From the NCBI GenBank assembly GCA_033763135.1, contig JANRKY010000286.1, positions 3,284 to 67,283 on the forward strand: a stretch of 64,000 nt of DNA, in the 5' to 3' direction. Each line of letters opens with the position of its first letter. The stretch's first letter is position 1. Positions 28,812-43,000 of this stretch are shown here, piece by piece. A program made the translations under genes and the position numbers. Under the pieces are notes generated by a model that worked only from the letters and a program-made list of their open reading frames with translations, did not search any database and was not told where the DNA came from. Source of the stretch: Blastocatellia bacterium. Its GTDB lineage: Bacteria > Acidobacteriota > Blastocatellia > RBC074.

Positions 28812-29897
28812 TCACTTCTTCAAATTGAGCACGGGCAGCGTCTTGTTCGCCTTGATGGCGTTGATGCTGACCTGCGCGGCGACGTTCTGCGCGACGCTGC
28901 GAAAGGCCCGCGCCTGCGGGCTGTCCGGCTGACCGATGACGATCGGAATTCCCAGATCGCCGCCCTCGCGAATGCTGATCGCGATGGGAATGCCGCCGAG
29001 GAAGGGGACGCCGTACCGCTCCGCGAGCGCCTCTCCGCCGCCGTTGCCGAAGATGTGATACTTGTTGCCGTCGTTCGGGCACTCGAAATAACTCATATTC
29101 TCGACGATGCCGAGGCTCGGAACCTGCAGCTGCTCGAACATGCTGTAGGCCTTGCGGACGTCCGAGAGCGCGACCTCCTGCGGCGTCGTCACGAGGACGG
29201 CCCCGGCCAGCGCGACCATCTGCGCGAGACTCAGCTGCACATCGCCCGTTCCCGGCGGCATGTCCACGATCAGATAGTCGAGCTCGCCCCATTCGACCTG
29301 CTTCAGAAACTGCGAGACGGCCGAGTGGAGCATCGGGCCGCGCCAGACCACCGCCTTGTCTCCCGGATTGAGCAGCCCGATCGACATGGTCTTGACGCCG
29401 TGATAGACCGGCGGAACGATGTTGTTTCCCCGGACCAGCGGCATGTCGTTGCCCCCCATCATGATCGGCACGTTCGGCCCGTACACGTCCGTGTCGAGAA
29501 TGCCCACGCGCGCGCCCATCAGCGCCAGACTCACCGCCAGATTGACCGAGACCGTCGATTTGCCCACGCCGCCCTTGCCCGAACTGACCGCGACGATGTG
29601 GCGAATGCCCGCGATCTCCTTGTCCATGGCCCCGCGCGCCTTCGGCACCTCGGCCTCCATCGTGACCTCGACCCGCTCGACCCCCGCGACTCCCATCACC
29701 GCCTTCTCGGCCTCGAACTTCAATTGATCCCGCACCGGACACGCCGGCGTCGTCAGCACAAACCGAAACCCGACGATCCCTCCGCAGATCCTGACGTCGC
29801 GGATCATGTTCAGACTGACGATGTCCTTATGGAGATCGGGGTCCTTCACTCCTCGCAACGCCCCCAGCACGATCTCCTCTGTGATCTGTTCACTCAT
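28812..29897 (-). CDS. Mrp/ApbC/NBP35-family Fe-S cluster carrier ATPase with an N-terminal MIP18/DUF59 domain.
   Basis: Deviant Walker A SGKGGVGKST. CPxC-type motif region. 361 aa. Confidence 0.9.
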   Translation of the reverse strand: MSEQITEEIVLGALRGVKDPDLHKDIVSLNMIRDVRICGGIVGFRFVLTTPACPVRDQLKFEAEKAVMGVAGVERVEVTMEAEVPKARGAMDKEIAGIRHIVAVSSGKGGVGKSTVSVNLAVSLALMGARVGILDTDVYGPNVPIMMGGNDMPLVRGNNIVPPVYHGVKTMSIGLLNPGDKAVVWRGPMLHSAVSQFLKQVEWGELDYLIVDMPPGTGDVQLSLAQMVALAGAVLVTTPQEVALSDVRKAYSMFEQLQVPSLGIVENMSYFECPNDGNKYHIFGNGGGEALAERYGVPFLGGIPIAISIREGGDLGIPIVIGQPDSPQARAFRSVAQNVAAQVSINAIKANKTLPVLNLKK

Positions 29898-29931
29898 TTA
29901 TTCATTTTCCTGAAATTGGTTGCCCACAAAC

Positions 29932-30630
29932 TCATTCGTGTTCTTTCGCGGCGGATTCCATCTTCTCGCCGCAAGAACGCACCAGCCGGTATTCGCACAT
30001 CCGCGAACCCGAGACGATGTGGCACTCCCGCGCGACCTCGCAGGCGAGCGTCTCGCGATAGATCCGCAGCTCCTCTTCGCAGATCTGCGGATGCGAATGC
30101 GCCACCCGCTCCGTCGGACAATTCCGCAGCCGCAGCCGATAGGCCCCATCCTTCATCTTTCGCGCCTCGGCCAGATAGCCCTTCGCGCTCATGATCTTCG
30201 CCAGTCGCTTGACGCACTCGTCGAACTCCAACCCCGCAAACTCCGCCTTCAACTGCCGGATCAACTCGTCCGTGCGCCCGCTCAGGACGCGCTGCAACCC
30301 CTCCTCCCCAAACGTTCGCTGCAACTGCACCAGCACGTCCCGGGCGAACTCGTCATATATCTGGGGAAATAGACAGCAGGCCTTCTGGGTCAGGGAATAG
30401 AGATACCGCGGCCGACCCCGCTCATGCCGCTCGACCTTGTAATCGATCAGCCCGTCGCTTTCAAGCACGCTCAGATGCCGCCGGACATTGACCTTCGACA
30501 CGGCCATCTCCCGCGCCAGCTGCTCCGCGCTCATCGCCCCGTTGTTCTTCAACAGATCGATGATCGCGCTCCGCGGCTCCTTGAGGATATGTTCGACTGC
30601 AGCTCCGGATGTTGACACAACCCGGATCAT
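29932..30630 (-). CDS. Winged-helix transcriptional regulator with a Cys-rich C-terminal domain (SufR/ArsR-like). Candidate Fe-S cluster biogenesis regulator.
   Basis: N-terminal HTH (AIIDLLKNNGAMSAEQLAREMAVSKVNVRRHLSVLE). C-terminal cysteines (NCPTE, QICEEE, CEVARECH, RMCEY). Confidence 0.5.
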   Translation of the reverse strand: MIRVVSTSGAAVEHILKEPRSAIIDLLKNNGAMSAEQLAREMAVSKVNVRRHLSVLESDGLIDYKVERHERGRPRYLYSLTQKACCLFPQIYDEFARDVLVQLQRTFGEEGLQRVLSGRTDELIRQLKAEFAGLEFDECVKRLAKIMSAKGYLAEARKMKDGAYRLRLRNCPTERVAHSHPQICEEELRIYRETLACEVARECHIVSGSRMCEYRLVRSCGEKMESAAKEHE

Positions 30631-30926
30631 AGTCGCCGGTTCGGCCTTTTGTCAACAAATCGGTTCTCAAAAGGTTTTTCCCGGGGAGGGGCGTGCGTTT
30701 TGCGGAGGCGCATGCTAGGATTGGTCTGTCCAAGTGTAGACAGGTTATGGCCCATAGCGAACCCAACCTCTCGCATCCCAACTTGACCCAGAAGTGGCAG
30801 AGAACCGCAAAGCCGCAACGTCAGAGAACTGGCGATGAGCGCGGCGAGCGGGAGAAGAGGCTCTGCGCATTGAGACACAGGGGCATGTGGGAGCGCAAAA
30901 TTCAATAAACGGAGTTAGTAAGAAGA

Positions 30927-32768
30927 ATGTCTGCAACTACAGCGAAGAATCACGTAGAAGAACTTGAAACCGTCACGATTCGGTTTGCCGGTGATTCAGG
31001 CGATGGTATGCAGGTGACGGGAACACAATTCACCTCGACCGCAGCGATCATTGGCAATGATATCTCGACTCTGCCGGACTTTCCGGCGGAGATTCGTGCC
31101 CCCGCAGGAAGCCTTCCGGGCGTATCCGGATACCAGCTCAATTTCAGCAGCCGCGACATCCGCACGCCGGGCGACGAGCCGAACGTGCTGGTGGCGATGA
31201 ATCCGGCGGCGCTCAAGACAAACATCAAGGATCTGGAGTCGGGCGGGATTCTGGTGTTGAACACGGACGAGTTCAATGAGAACAACCTGAAGAAGGCCGC
31301 GTATGCGACGAATCCGCTGGAGGATGGGTCGCTGACGAACTATCGGGTCTTCAAGCTGCCGATCACGTCCCTGACCTTGAAGGCGTTGGAAGGCGCCTCG
31401 CTGCCGTTCAAGCAGCAGGAGCGCTGTAAGAACTTCTATGCGCTGGGGCTGATGTACTGGCTGTATGATCGTCCGATGGAGCCGACGTTGAAGTGGATCG
31501 ACGACAAGTTCGGGACGAAGCCGGCGGTTGCGGAAGCGAACGTGCTGGCGTTGAAGGCGGGCTACAATTACGCGGACACGACGGAGATCTTCACGACGCA
31601 TTATCACATCGGGAAGGCGGCGATCAAGCCGGGCAAGTACCGGAACATCACGGGGAACGAGGCGACGGCGATCGGGTTCATCACGGCGGCGCAGTTGACG
31701 GGGCGTCCGTTGTTTTACGGGAGCTATCCGATCACGCCGGCGTCGGACGTGCTGCATGAGTTGTCGAAGCACAAGAATTTCGGAGTGAAGACGTTTCAGG
31801 CCGAGGATGAGATTGCGGCGATCGGGGCGGCGATCGGGGCCTCGTTTGCGGGGCACATCGGATTGACGGGGACGAGCGGTCCGGGCGTGGCGTTGAAGTC
31901 GGAGGCGATCGGGCTGGCGGTGATGACGGAATTGCCGCTGGTGATCATCGACGTGCAGCGCGGCGGTCCGTCGACGGGGTTGCCGACGAAGACGGAGCAG
32001 GCGGATCTTTTGCAGGCGATGTTCGGGCGGAACAGCGAATGTCCGGTGGGGATTGTGGCGCCGGCGACGCCGGGCGACTGCTTCAATATGGCGGTCGAGG
32101 CGGTGCGGCTGGCGACGAAATATATGTCGCCGGTCTTCTTCCTGTCGGACGGCTATCTCGGCAACGGGTCGGAGCCGTGGGAGATTCCCCAGGTCGAGGA
32201 TCTGCCGAAGATGAAGGTCGAGTTCCGCACGGAGACGGAAGGGTTCTTCCCGTATCTGCGCGACGAGGCGACGCTGGCGCGCCCCTGGGCGATTCCGGGA
32301 ACGCCGGGCCTCGAACACCGGATCGGCGGCATCGAGAAACAGAACATCACCGGAAACGTCAACTACGATCCGGAGAATCACGACTTCATGGTTCGCCTGC
32401 GGGCGGAGAAGATCGAGCGGATGCAGCAGGACATCCCCGACCTCGAGGTCTTCGGCGCGCCCGAGGGCAAGGTGCTCGTGTTGGGATGGGGCTCGACTTA
32501 CGGGTCGATCACGACGGCGGTCGAGCAACTGCGGGAGCAGGGGCATGCCGTTTCGAGCGCGCACCTGCGCCACCTCAATCCGTTCCCGAGGAACCTCGGC
32601 GACATTCTGCGGAAATTCGACACCGTCATCATTCCGGAACTGAACCTCGGGCAGCTGGCCATGCTCGTGCGCGCGAAGTTTCTGGTGGATGCGGTCAGTT
32701 ATTCGCAGGTGAAGGGCAAGCCCTTCAAGGTCTCGTCGCTGATCAACAAGGTCAAAGAGTATCTGTAA
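30927..32768 (+). CDS. korA: 2-oxoglutarate:ferredoxin oxidoreductase, alpha subunit (KorA, with a fused gamma-like N-domain).
   Basis: N-terminus [53 protein letters not shown] closely resembles actinobacterial KorA. Confidence 0.85.
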   Translation: MSATTAKNHVEELETVTIRFAGDSGDGMQVTGTQFTSTAAIIGNDISTLPDFPAEIRAPAGSLPGVSGYQLNFSSRDIRTPGDEPNVLVAMNPAALKTNIKDLESGGILVLNTDEFNENNLKKAAYATNPLEDGSLTNYRVFKLPITSLTLKALEGASLPFKQQERCKNFYALGLMYWLYDRPMEPTLKWIDDKFGTKPAVAEANVLALKAGYNYADTTEIFTTHYHIGKAAIKPGKYRNITGNEATAIGFITAAQLTGRPLFYGSYPITPASDVLHELSKHKNFGVKTFQAEDEIAAIGAAIGASFAGHIGLTGTSGPGVALKSEAIGLAVMTELPLVIIDVQRGGPSTGLPTKTEQADLLQAMFGRNSECPVGIVAPATPGDCFNMAVEAVRLATKYMSPVFFLSDGYLGNGSEPWEIPQVEDLPKMKVEFRTETEGFFPYLRDEATLARPWAIPGTPGLEHRIGGIEKQNITGNVNYDPENHDFMVRLRAEKIERMQQDIPDLEVFGAPEGKVLVLGWGSTYGSITTAVEQLREQGHAVSSAHLRHLNPFPRNLGDILRKFDTVIIPELNLGQLAMLVRAKFLVDAVSYSQVKGKPFKVSSLINKVKEYL

Positions 32769-32781
32769 AGGGTGAATTTCA

Positions 32782-33825
<1,044 letters not shown>

Positions 33826-33829
33826 ACTT

Positions 33830-34390
33830 ATGTCGATACTTTCAACAATCATCAACGCAGCGAAAGAGGTCGTCGATGTCGCGCGGACCACGGCGCAGGG
33901 GATGAGCGTGACGCTCAGTCACATCCCGCAGCGCAAGGATACCGTGAGTTATCCGGAAGAGGCGGTCCAGATCTATCGCCGGTTCCGCGGGGAGCATTTT
34001 CTGGATGTGAACGAAGACGGCAAGGAGCGGTGCGTCTCCTGTTTCCTCTGCGCGGCCGCCTGTCCGGCCGATGCGATCTATATCGAGGGCGCCGAGGACC
34101 CGCGGCCGTACGAACAACGGATCTCGATGGATCATCGGTACGCGAAGATCTATCAGATCGACTATGGTCGCTGCATTCTCTGCGGTTTCTGCGTCGATGC
34201 CTGCCCGACCGACGCCATCAATCATGGCCACAATTTCGAATGGGCGGTCTATACCCCCGGAGAAATGGTCAAGGACAAGGAGTATCTGCTCGGGAACAAG
34301 TGGCGCGAGCCGGATGTCACGCCCACTCCGGCGCAGCGTCCGCTGGCCGCCAGGCAGAAGCTCGATAAATTCAATATCGTGCTGAAATAA
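33830..34390 (+). CDS. NuoI-like 2x[4Fe-4S] ferredoxin.
   Basis: Two cluster motifs CxxCxxCxxxCP (CVSCFLCAAACPADAI and CILCGFCVDACPTDAI) in NuoI-like spacing. It starts 5 bp after korB. Confidence 0.75.
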   Translation: MSILSTIINAAKEVVDVARTTAQGMSVTLSHIPQRKDTVSYPEEAVQIYRRFRGEHFLDVNEDGKERCVSCFLCAAACPADAIYIEGAEDPRPYEQRISMDHRYAKIYQIDYGRCILCGFCVDACPTDAINHGHNFEWAVYTPGEMVKDKEYLLGNKWREPDVTPTPAQRPLAARQKLDKFNIVLK

Positions 34391-34425
34391 TCGCGTCGAA
34401 ATCGACGCGTCGCCTGTTTTTCAGC
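34391..34425. terminator. Bidirectional hairpin terminator between the convergent ferredoxin and SDR genes.
   Basis: CGCGTCGAAATCGACGCG followed by TGTTTTT on the plus strand and by ATTATTT on the minus strand. Confidence 0.4.
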
Positions 34426-35149
34426 CTCGCCCGAGATACGGCTGATCGATGGGAAGGATGATGGCTTCGAGGAGATTGATGTTCGGGGGCATGGCGGCCA
34501 TGGCGACGGCGGCGTCGACCCAGTCCTCGATCTTCATGACGGGTTCGGCGGAGGCTTTCCGGCTTGGGGCCAGCGTTTCGACCTCGGTGTTGCCCGGGTG
34601 GAGACAGCCGCAGGTGATGCCGAAGGCTCTTCCTTCGAGGGCCGTCGACTGGGTCAGTCCCCAGAGGCCGTGTTTGCTGGTGTTATAGGCGGCGGCGTTC
34701 GGCCGGACGCGCTGGGCGGAGATCGAGCCCACGTTGATGATGCGGCCGACGCGCTGTCGCTTCATGACGCGCATGGCTTCGCGGGTGCAGAGAAAGGGGC
34801 CGCGCAGATTGACGGCCATGACCTTCTCCCAGGCGTCGAGCGAGAGCTGATCGAGCGGCCCGCCGTCGAAGACCCCGGCATTGTTGACCAGAATGTCGAG
34901 CCGGGAGAACTTCGCCAGCGCCTGTTGAAAGACGGCTTCGACCTGGCCCTCGTCGGTCACGTCGGCGGCGATGGCGAGCGCCGTGGCGCCCCGCGCTTCG
35001 AGCGAGCGCGCCAGCTCCGCCAGAAGCGTTTCGCTGCGGGCCGTCAGAATGAGATGCGCGCCCTCGGCCGCAAACGCCTCCGCGATGCCTCTGCCGATGC
35101 CCTTGCTTGCGCCCGTGATGAGGGCGACCTTGTCCTGCAGTCTTTTCAT
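34421..35149 (-). CDS. Short-chain dehydrogenase/reductase.
   Basis: LITGASKGIGRGIA and YNTSK motifs. AAGGAGG RBS. Confidence 0.85.
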   Translation of the reverse strand: MKRLQDKVALITGASKGIGRGIAEAFAAEGAHLILTARSETLLAELARSLEARGATALAIAADVTDEGQVEAVFQQALAKFSRLDILVNNAGVFDGGPLDQLSLDAWEKVMAVNLRGPFLCTREAMRVMKRQRVGRIINVGSISAQRVRPNAAAYNTSKHGLWGLTQSTALEGRAFGITCGCLHPGNTEVETLAPSRKASAEPVMKIEDWVDAAVAMAAMPPNINLLEAIILPIDQPYLGRG

Positions 35150-35164
35150 CGAATCCTCCTTGGG

Positions 35165-35249
35165 AAATCATCCACGAAGTTACACGAAGAAACGCGAAGG
35201 GAAGCCTCTTCTTCGTGCCTCTTCGTGTGGCGTTGTGGATGATTTTTCA
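35165..35249. repeat. CACGAAG-family palindromic hairpin element (copy 1 of 3).
   Basis: The arms AAATCATCCACGAAGTTACACGAAGAA... and ...CTTCGTGTGGCGTTGTGGATGATTT pair. Shares its core with the copies at 38044 and 39965. Confidence 0.6.
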
Positions 35250-35278
35250 TTCTTTACATGAAATTTGGCGAGCGAAAG

Positions 35279-36576
<1,298 letters not shown>

Positions 36577-36580
<4 letters not shown>

Positions 36581-37110
36581 TTTCCCCGGGTGGCGGAGAC
36601 GGCGTATCCCTTCGACTTGTCACCCAGGGCCTTTGAGAGGTTGATGATGGACAGCAGGTCGGTCTGCGCCTGTCGAGCCAGATTCGTATTGAAGACCTTG
36701 CTGTTCTGATGGATCGGATTGTGCGCGAAATCCCAGATCAGTTTCGATAATTGCCGGATCGATTCGTCGAACTTCTGCGGCGTGTCGATTGCGCGGGGGA
36801 CATCTTTCACCTGCGCCATCTCGCCGAGCGCCATCAGCGAGCGCAGCGCCCGGGCGGCCTTGTGGATCGATCGGGCATCCTTGCCCAGCCGCTCCCCCGT
36901 GACCAGACCGGTCTCGTGATCCTGCAGCAGCTTCTGACTGAGGAGTTGAATCTGCTTGAAGTTCTTCTGAAAACTCTGGCGTACATAGGCCCGCTCCCGC
37001 TCGCGGTCCGCCGATCGGGTCTGCGCGGACGACACCGCTGCCGTCGGATGCAGTTCGGATAGGCAGAATAGCAACAGCGCGACGAATGGGAGGTTTCGCA
37101 AAGCGGTCAT
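36577..37110 (-). CDS. Secreted hypothetical protein. Its stop overlaps the start of the MFS gene.
   Basis: Signal-peptide-like MTALRNLPFVALLLFCLSELHPTAAVSSAQ. Lower GC than the neighbours. Confidence 0.4.
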
Positions 37111-37310
37111 CCGATGATCCTCGTGGCATGAATGGATAGCGTGCAGGACTGCAACGCCGCGAGTGTATAGCATCCTTCGACATGATGTACAGGCGACGCG
37201 ATGTACAGGCCGCGCCGGTGACGATCTTTTGAATATGGCTTGCGTAAGAGCGCATGCGTGTGGGATGATAGCCCGTATCCTTCACCCACATTGAACTTCA
37301 GGAGGCCGCA

Positions 37311-38036
37311 TTGAATACAGAGTTGAGCAGGCTCATCTCGCTCCAGGATCTTGATGTCGAAATCAAACGATTACGGGCGGACATCGAATCACTGCCCGAA
37401 CGCCGAGAGGCGCTGGAACGGGAGTTCACCGAATCTGCGAGAGAATATCTCGATTTGAAGGAACAGCTCGATACCGCCAAAGCCGAACGCGCATCCCTCG
37501 ACGCCAACCTCGAAGCCGAACAGCAGAAACATCAGAAATTCAAAGACGATCTCGGAAAGATGACCGCTCCGAATATCAAGGTCTACGAGACGATCATGCG
37601 GGAGATCGAAGTCTCGAAGAAGGCCATCGGCCTCTATGAGACCGAGCTTTTGAAGTTGATGGAGCGGATCGAGAAGCTGGATGCCCAGGTCAGCGAGCGG
37701 CAACCCGCGATCGAGTCGCGTCGGATCGAGATCGATCGGCAGTTGGCCGAATGGGACGCGACGATCGACGCCAATCAGCAGCGGCTCGAAGCGTTGAGCG
37801 TCGAGCGCAAGCCGCTGATCGAGGCGCTCAGCCCGCCGGCCCGGCTCGAATACGACCGCCTTTCCCGCATGAAGTCGGGGCTCGCTCTCGCCGAGGCGCG
37901 GAACTATTCCTGCATGGCCTGTCGCATGAAGATTCGCCCGCAGGTCTACACCGACATCCGCCGCGGCGATTCGGTCATCATCTGCGAAAGCTGCAGCCGA
38001 ATCCTCTATTTCAAGGCCGAAGCGGCGACGAATTAA
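37311..38036 (+). CDS. Coiled-coil protein with a C-terminal C4 zinc ribbon (COG1579 family).
   Basis: Long coiled coil, then CMACRMKIRPQ...CESCSRILY. Confidence 0.7.
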   Translation: MNTELSRLISLQDLDVEIKRLRADIESLPERREALEREFTESAREYLDLKEQLDTAKAERASLDANLEAEQQKHQKFKDDLGKMTAPNIKVYETIMREIEVSKKAIGLYETELLKLMERIEKLDAQVSERQPAIESRRIEIDRQLAEWDATIDANQQRLEALSVERKPLIEALSPPARLEYDRLSRMKSGLALAEARNYSCMACRMKIRPQVYTDIRRGDSVIICESCSRILYFKAEAATN

Positions 38037-38043
38037 GAGATTC

Positions 38044-38135
38044 AGTCGACTCCGCAGAAAATCATCCACGAAGTCACACGAAGAAACACGAAGAAGAGGA
38101 TTCCCTTCGTGCTTCTTCGTGTGACTGCGTGGATG
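38044..38135. repeat. CACGAAG-family palindromic hairpin element (copy 2 of 3), lying between convergent genes.
   Basis: The arms AAAATCATCCACGAAGTCACACGAAGAAACACGAAG and CTTCGTGCTTCTTCGTGTGACTGCGTGGATGATTTT pair. Confidence 0.65.
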
Positions 38136-38227
38136 ATTTTTTAATTGCTTCCGTACGTCGCCACGCGACGTGAACGACTCCATTCAAAAGGCAAATTGCA
38201 GCCGGCGCGCCGGCTGCGATTTGCCTT

Positions 38228-38974
38228 TTATTCCGTCGCCGCGAGTCGCTGCCGCAGGATTTCGAAGAGGACGATGCCGGAGGCCACGCTGACGTTGAGC
38301 GAGGTGATGTGTCCGCGCATGGGGATGGAGACGAGGGCGTCGCATTTTTCGCGGACGAGTCGTCGGATGCCCTTGCCTTCGCTTCCCAGCACGATGGCGG
38401 TCGGCACGTTGAAATCGAAGTCTGAATAGGGCGTTTCCGTTCCGCCTTCCACGCCGACGACCCACACGCCGCGTTCCTTGAGGTCTTCGATCAGCCGGAC
38501 GAGATTGGTCACGCGGGCGATGCGCAGATATTCGATCGCGCCGGCGGAGGTCTTGGCGACGGTGTCGGTCAGGCCGGCGGCGCGATGTTCGGGGAGAAAG
38601 ACGCCGTCGACGCCCGCGCCCTCGCAGGTTCGAAGGATCGCGCCCAGATTGTGGGGGTCCTCGATGCCGTCGAGCAGGACGACGAGGGGATTGGGCGAGA
38701 GCGAATCGAGAATCGCCTCGGGATCGATATAGGCGCTGCCGGCATTGAGGGGCGGCGCGAAGGCGATCACGCCCTGGTGGTTGGCGCCGCGGGTCATTTC
38801 GTCCATGGCGCGGCGATCGCGTTTTTCGATGGCGATTCCGGCGCGTCGCGCGATCTCGAGCAGTTCGTTCAATCGGGCGGGGTTGGCGCCCGTGGAGACC
38901 ACGATCCGCGAGATCTTCCGGCGGCGCGCGCGCAATGCTTCGAGCACGGGAAGCAGTCCGTATATCTGATTCAT
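38228..38974 (-). CDS. rlmB: 23S rRNA (guanosine-2'-O)-methyltransferase RlmB (SpoU/TrmH family).
   Basis: SpoU substrate-binding N-domain plus C-terminal SPOUT motifs (LVLGSEGKGI, VSIPM...SLNVSVA). Confidence 0.85.
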   Translation of the reverse strand: MNQIYGLLPVLEALRARRRKISRIVVSTGANPARLNELLEIARRAGIAIEKRDRRAMDEMTRGANHQGVIAFAPPLNAGSAYIDPEAILDSLSPNPLVVLLDGIEDPHNLGAILRTCEGAGVDGVFLPEHRAAGLTDTVAKTSAGAIEYLRIARVTNLVRLIEDLKERGVWVVGVEGGTETPYSDFDFNVPTAIVLGSEGKGIRRLVREKCDALVSIPMRGHITSLNVSVASGIVLFEILRQRLAATE

Positions 38975-39105
38975 TTGATCCTCGATCTGTAGAGTGTGGT
39001 GTGAACGCCGGGAATTGTAGCAGGAATCCGCGTTTGTACGAGGCCGGGCGGCGAAAGAAATTGCTCCGTCCGGGGACCGGCTTGCAATCGCCGCGTCGCG
39101 TGTGG

Positions 39106-39954
39106 ATGATCGAACGCATGAAGAGCATCACGTTGATTCTGTGCCTTTGTCTGTTGCTGGTTGGCTGCGCGTCGACGGGACAGATCGGCGGAAATACGCC
39201 GCAGGGAGCCCGCGGTCGAAGCTACCCGCCGATGGTGGAAGGGACGGCGGAGCGCGAACTGGCCGTGCGCGAAGCCTGGCGGCAGTTCTGCAAGGAGTTC
39301 CGGTTGCCGGAGGCGAAGCCCGATCTGGAGGCGGTTCTGTATACGCCGCGGTCCCTGCCGTTGGAGCTCGCCGGGCGCATTTATCTCAATGCGCGGAGCG
39401 TGGCGTTCGATGAGATGGAGGCGGCGAGCGTGCTTCGGGGCTTCATCGAGCGGGCGCGCGGCGTGCTGACGGGAGAGGGCGCGGCCGCGACGCTCGGCAT
39501 CAAGGATCTCTCTCTGGCGACCTTTACGAAGGATGGCAACTTCTATCGCGCGACCTATCGACAGGTCAACTATCCTTATCCGATCGTCGAGGGATATGGG
39601 GAACTGCGGATCGTCATCGGCAAGGATGGGACGTTGCTGCAGCTCGGAAGCCGCCTGATTCCGGCCTTCGAGCTTCCGGCAAAGCCGGAGATCCAGCCGC
39701 AGGCCGTCGCCGCCGGCCTCGTCGGGCGGGAGTTCAAGTATGCGAGCGTCGCCGGACAGCCAATGAGCTACAAGATCGCCGATCGCGCGGAGATCGCCGT
39801 CGGCGATCCGGTCGTCTATCCGAAGATCGACGGGAAGCGCCTGACGATCCATCTCGCCTTCCCGATTCAGGCGGGCAAGGGCATTACCTGGACCGTCTTC
39901 ATCGACGCGATCACGGGCACGGAGCTGGGCGTGAAACAGAACTTCGCTTCGTGA
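39106..39954 (+). CDS. Lipoprotein of unknown function.
   Basis: Lipobox LLLVGCAS after MIERMKSITLILCLC. The upstream ORF extension overlaps rlmB and is discounted. Confidence 0.5.
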   Translation: MIERMKSITLILCLCLLLVGCASTGQIGGNTPQGARGRSYPPMVEGTAERELAVREAWRQFCKEFRLPEAKPDLEAVLYTPRSLPLELAGRIYLNARSVAFDEMEAASVLRGFIERARGVLTGEGAAATLGIKDLSLATFTKDGNFYRATYRQVNYPYPIVEGYGELRIVIGKDGTLLQLGSRLIPAFELPAKPEIQPQAVAAGLVGREFKYASVAGQPMSYKIADRAEIAVGDPVVYPKIDGKRLTIHLAFPIQAGKGITWTVFIDAITGTELGVKQNFAS

Positions 39955-39964
39955 GAAGCGGGCT

Positions 39965-40060
39965 CTCCACAAAAGAACATCCACGAAGGCACGCGAAGAG
40001 CCACGAAGATAGGACTTATCTTCGTGGCTCTTCGTGTGCCTTCGTGGATGTTCTTTTATG
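39965..40060. repeat. CACGAAG-family palindromic hairpin element (copy 3 of 3). About a 43 bp stem, between convergent genes.
   Basis: CCACAAAAGAACATCCACGAAGGCACGCGAAGAGCCACGAAGATA ... TATCTTCGTGGCTCTTCGTGTGCCTTCGTGGATGTTCTTTTATGG. Confidence 0.65.
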
Positions 40061-40069
40061 GAGGTTCGG

Positions 40070-43000
40070 CTATTTCGCGCTGTTCGCGCTTCCCGGGCCG
40101 AGGACGGCCAGGGGCATGGATTCCGCGCGCGCGTTGACGGCTTCGCGGCGGACGGGCCAGTCGTCGAAGCGGACGGCGGGCGCGGCGCGCGTGAGGCGAA
40201 GGAAGCGGACGGTCACGAGGCGTCGCGCGCCCTGGGCGAAGGATTGCTCCGCGGGGAGGGCGAGGGCGAACCCGAGATGGCCGGCGGCATCGGCGTTGAG
40301 GTGGAGCGTGGCCCCGGCGGCGTCGGGGCCGGGAGAGGCCGAGACGAAGCGCAGCTCGCGCGGATCGAAGCGCAGGCTGAATCCGAGGGCGTTCTCCAGC
40401 CCCTGCGCGTCGAGGACCAGTTCGAACGATTCCGTGCGGCCCCGGCCGATCGGGCTGCGAGAGAGGGAGAGGGCGCCCGCCGCCGCGTTTCGGCCAATGA
40501 ATGGCGGATCGATGAATTCCCGGACCTGGCGGCTGAGCGCGAATGGCGGACAGGCGCCGAACCCGGCGGCGCATTCCTGGCCGCGGATGGCCGATGAGGG
40601 CGGACCCGCGGGGCCGCCCGCGCCGACGATGGGATCGAGCCCCGCGGCATAGCGACCGGCCTGCACCCAGTCCGCGACCGACAACGAACCGTTGCCGCGC
40701 GTATCCTTGGGCGCGCAGTCGGCGCGCTGGAACTCCGAGCCGGTCGAGACGAGATCGAGTCCCGCGACGAATCGGCCGACCTGCACCCAGTCCGCGACCG
40801 AGACGGAGCCGTTGCCGTTCGGCCGGGGAGAGACATCGGCCTCCGTGCCCTGGGTGATCGTCACGGCGGCGCTCGTGTAGCCGGCCGGAAGCGTGTTGGC
40901 CGCGGCGTCCACGACTTCGCGCGCGATGGGCTGATCGCCGAAGGTGATGTTGGTCGTGGCCGCGGTGGTGGTCGCGGCGATGGTGAAGTTGATGTTCACG
41001 ATGCGGCGCGGGCCGGCCGCGAACTTCTGTCCGGTCGGAAGCACGAGGCCGATTCCGAGGCGGCCCTGCGCGACCTGGCTCGAATTGACGTTGAGCGAGG
41101 CGCCGACGGCGTCCGCGCCGAGCGTGGCCTGCGGATTGGTCAGGATGTTCTGATCGAAGGCCAGGCTGAAGCCGAGGCCGTTTTCGTCTCCCTGCGAAAC
41201 GAGTTCGACGGGAACGACGACGCTGCCGCCCGGACTGCCCCCGGCGGCGACCACGCGCAGGATGCGATTGGCCTGTTGCGTCGTCCCGTTGCCGTTCAGC
41301 GGGATGTTGACGGTCGGCTTCGCCGGGTCATTGCTCGGGATCGAGAGCGTCGCGGTCTGCGTTCCGCTCGCGACCGGCAGAAAGCGAATGGGGATCGTCT
41401 CCTGCCCGCCCGGCGGAATCACGAACGAATTGGTCACCGCCACCACGCCGAATCGAATGCTGTCGGTCGCCATTCCGTTGATCGTCAGGATCGCGGTGCC
41501 CGTGTTGCGGATCGTCAGCAGCCGGTCCGCCGACGCGCCCGCGGCGACGCTTCCGAAATCGAGCGCGGCCGGCGAGGTCTGCAGCGCGGGCGCGCTGCCC
41601 GTGGACGAGAGCACCGCGCGAATCGTTGCATTCGCCGAGCTCGTCCCCGGCGGCGGCGAGATGAGCTGAAACGTCGCGCCGTCCGACTGCGAAACGAAGC
41701 TGCGCCCAAAGGCCGTGCTGTTCGTGTCGAGCGGGAATCCCAGCCCCGGATTCGTCGCGGGCGAGAGATAACCGACATAGAAATCGCCGCTGTTGATCGT
41801 CGGGCCATTCTGGATCGGAAAGTCGAAGAAGGTCGTCGCGCTCGTTCCTGGGACCGTGGTGTTCAGCCGCGTGATCTGCGGCTGATTGGGTCCGTTGCTC
41901 GATCCGCTCGGGTCCGTGAAATAGACCAGCGTCATCGGCTTGCCGGTCGGATCGGGCTGGCCCGAAAAGGTGCGGAACTGCAACCGGATGTTCTGCAGCG
42001 TCGCGGGATAGGAGGCCGGCGTGAAGCGGTTGACGATCATCAGCCCCTCCGCTCTCAAGCCGCCTTCGACCGTTCCGTCGTCGAGCTTCGCTTCCGCGCT
42101 GCCCGTCGCCGTCGTCGTTCGCAGGCCGAATCCCATGACGTCCATGACCCGCAGATCGGCGAGCGTCGTCAGGTTGCGCTGTCCGGGGCTGACCGTCGGA
42201 ATCATCATCCCGAGATAGCCCCCGAAGAGCAGGTCGTCCTTCCAATGCGACGGCTGTTTGCCGTCGCCGCCCGAACTGTCCGGGCGGCCGGTCGAGAGCG
42301 GAACCTCGATCCCGCCGTCATAGAAGACCTGATTGCCGCCCGACGAAAGAATGCGCTGCGCCGTCGGAAAGGTCGCCGTCGTCGCGCCGGGCCGAAGCCG
42401 GAAGAGGTCCCAGATCGACGCCGTGACTTCAAACGTCGGAATCAGCTCCTTGACTCCGACGTTCGAGGAGAAGCCCAGCACGTGGCCGAGTTCATGAAAC
42501 GCGATCGAATCGAAGTCGAGCGCTCCCGCCGAGATCCCATCCGTCGGATCGAAATCGAACGTGAAGCCCGAATTGAACCCGACCGAGGGGGGCGGCCCAA
42601 ACTGTGCCTGTTCGGCGGTCGGATCCGCGACCGGATTGAGAAAGCCGAGCGCGCGGAAGAGCGGAGACGGCCCCGAGACCGTCGTCGTCGTCCCGATATC
42701 GGTCGGCGCCGACGATGTGGGCAGGGCATTGTAGAGCGTCGTCTCCTGCGGGCTGGTGGCCCGCGCGAGCAGCGCCGTCCGAACCGCGGTATAGAGCCCC
42801 GGGCCGGAGATCAACTGCCCCTCCGTGCTGCCCAGCGTTCCGACGGAATAGGGCTGCCCGAATCGCGTCGGCCCGTAATCCACATCCACCACCACCGTGA
42901 TCGGCGTCTGGATCAAGGCCTCCCATCTCTGCGCCGCCTTGATGAACGCATTTTTGGCGGCGGGAAACCCGTCCAGCTGCGTCGTGCTGCGCAGCGTGAT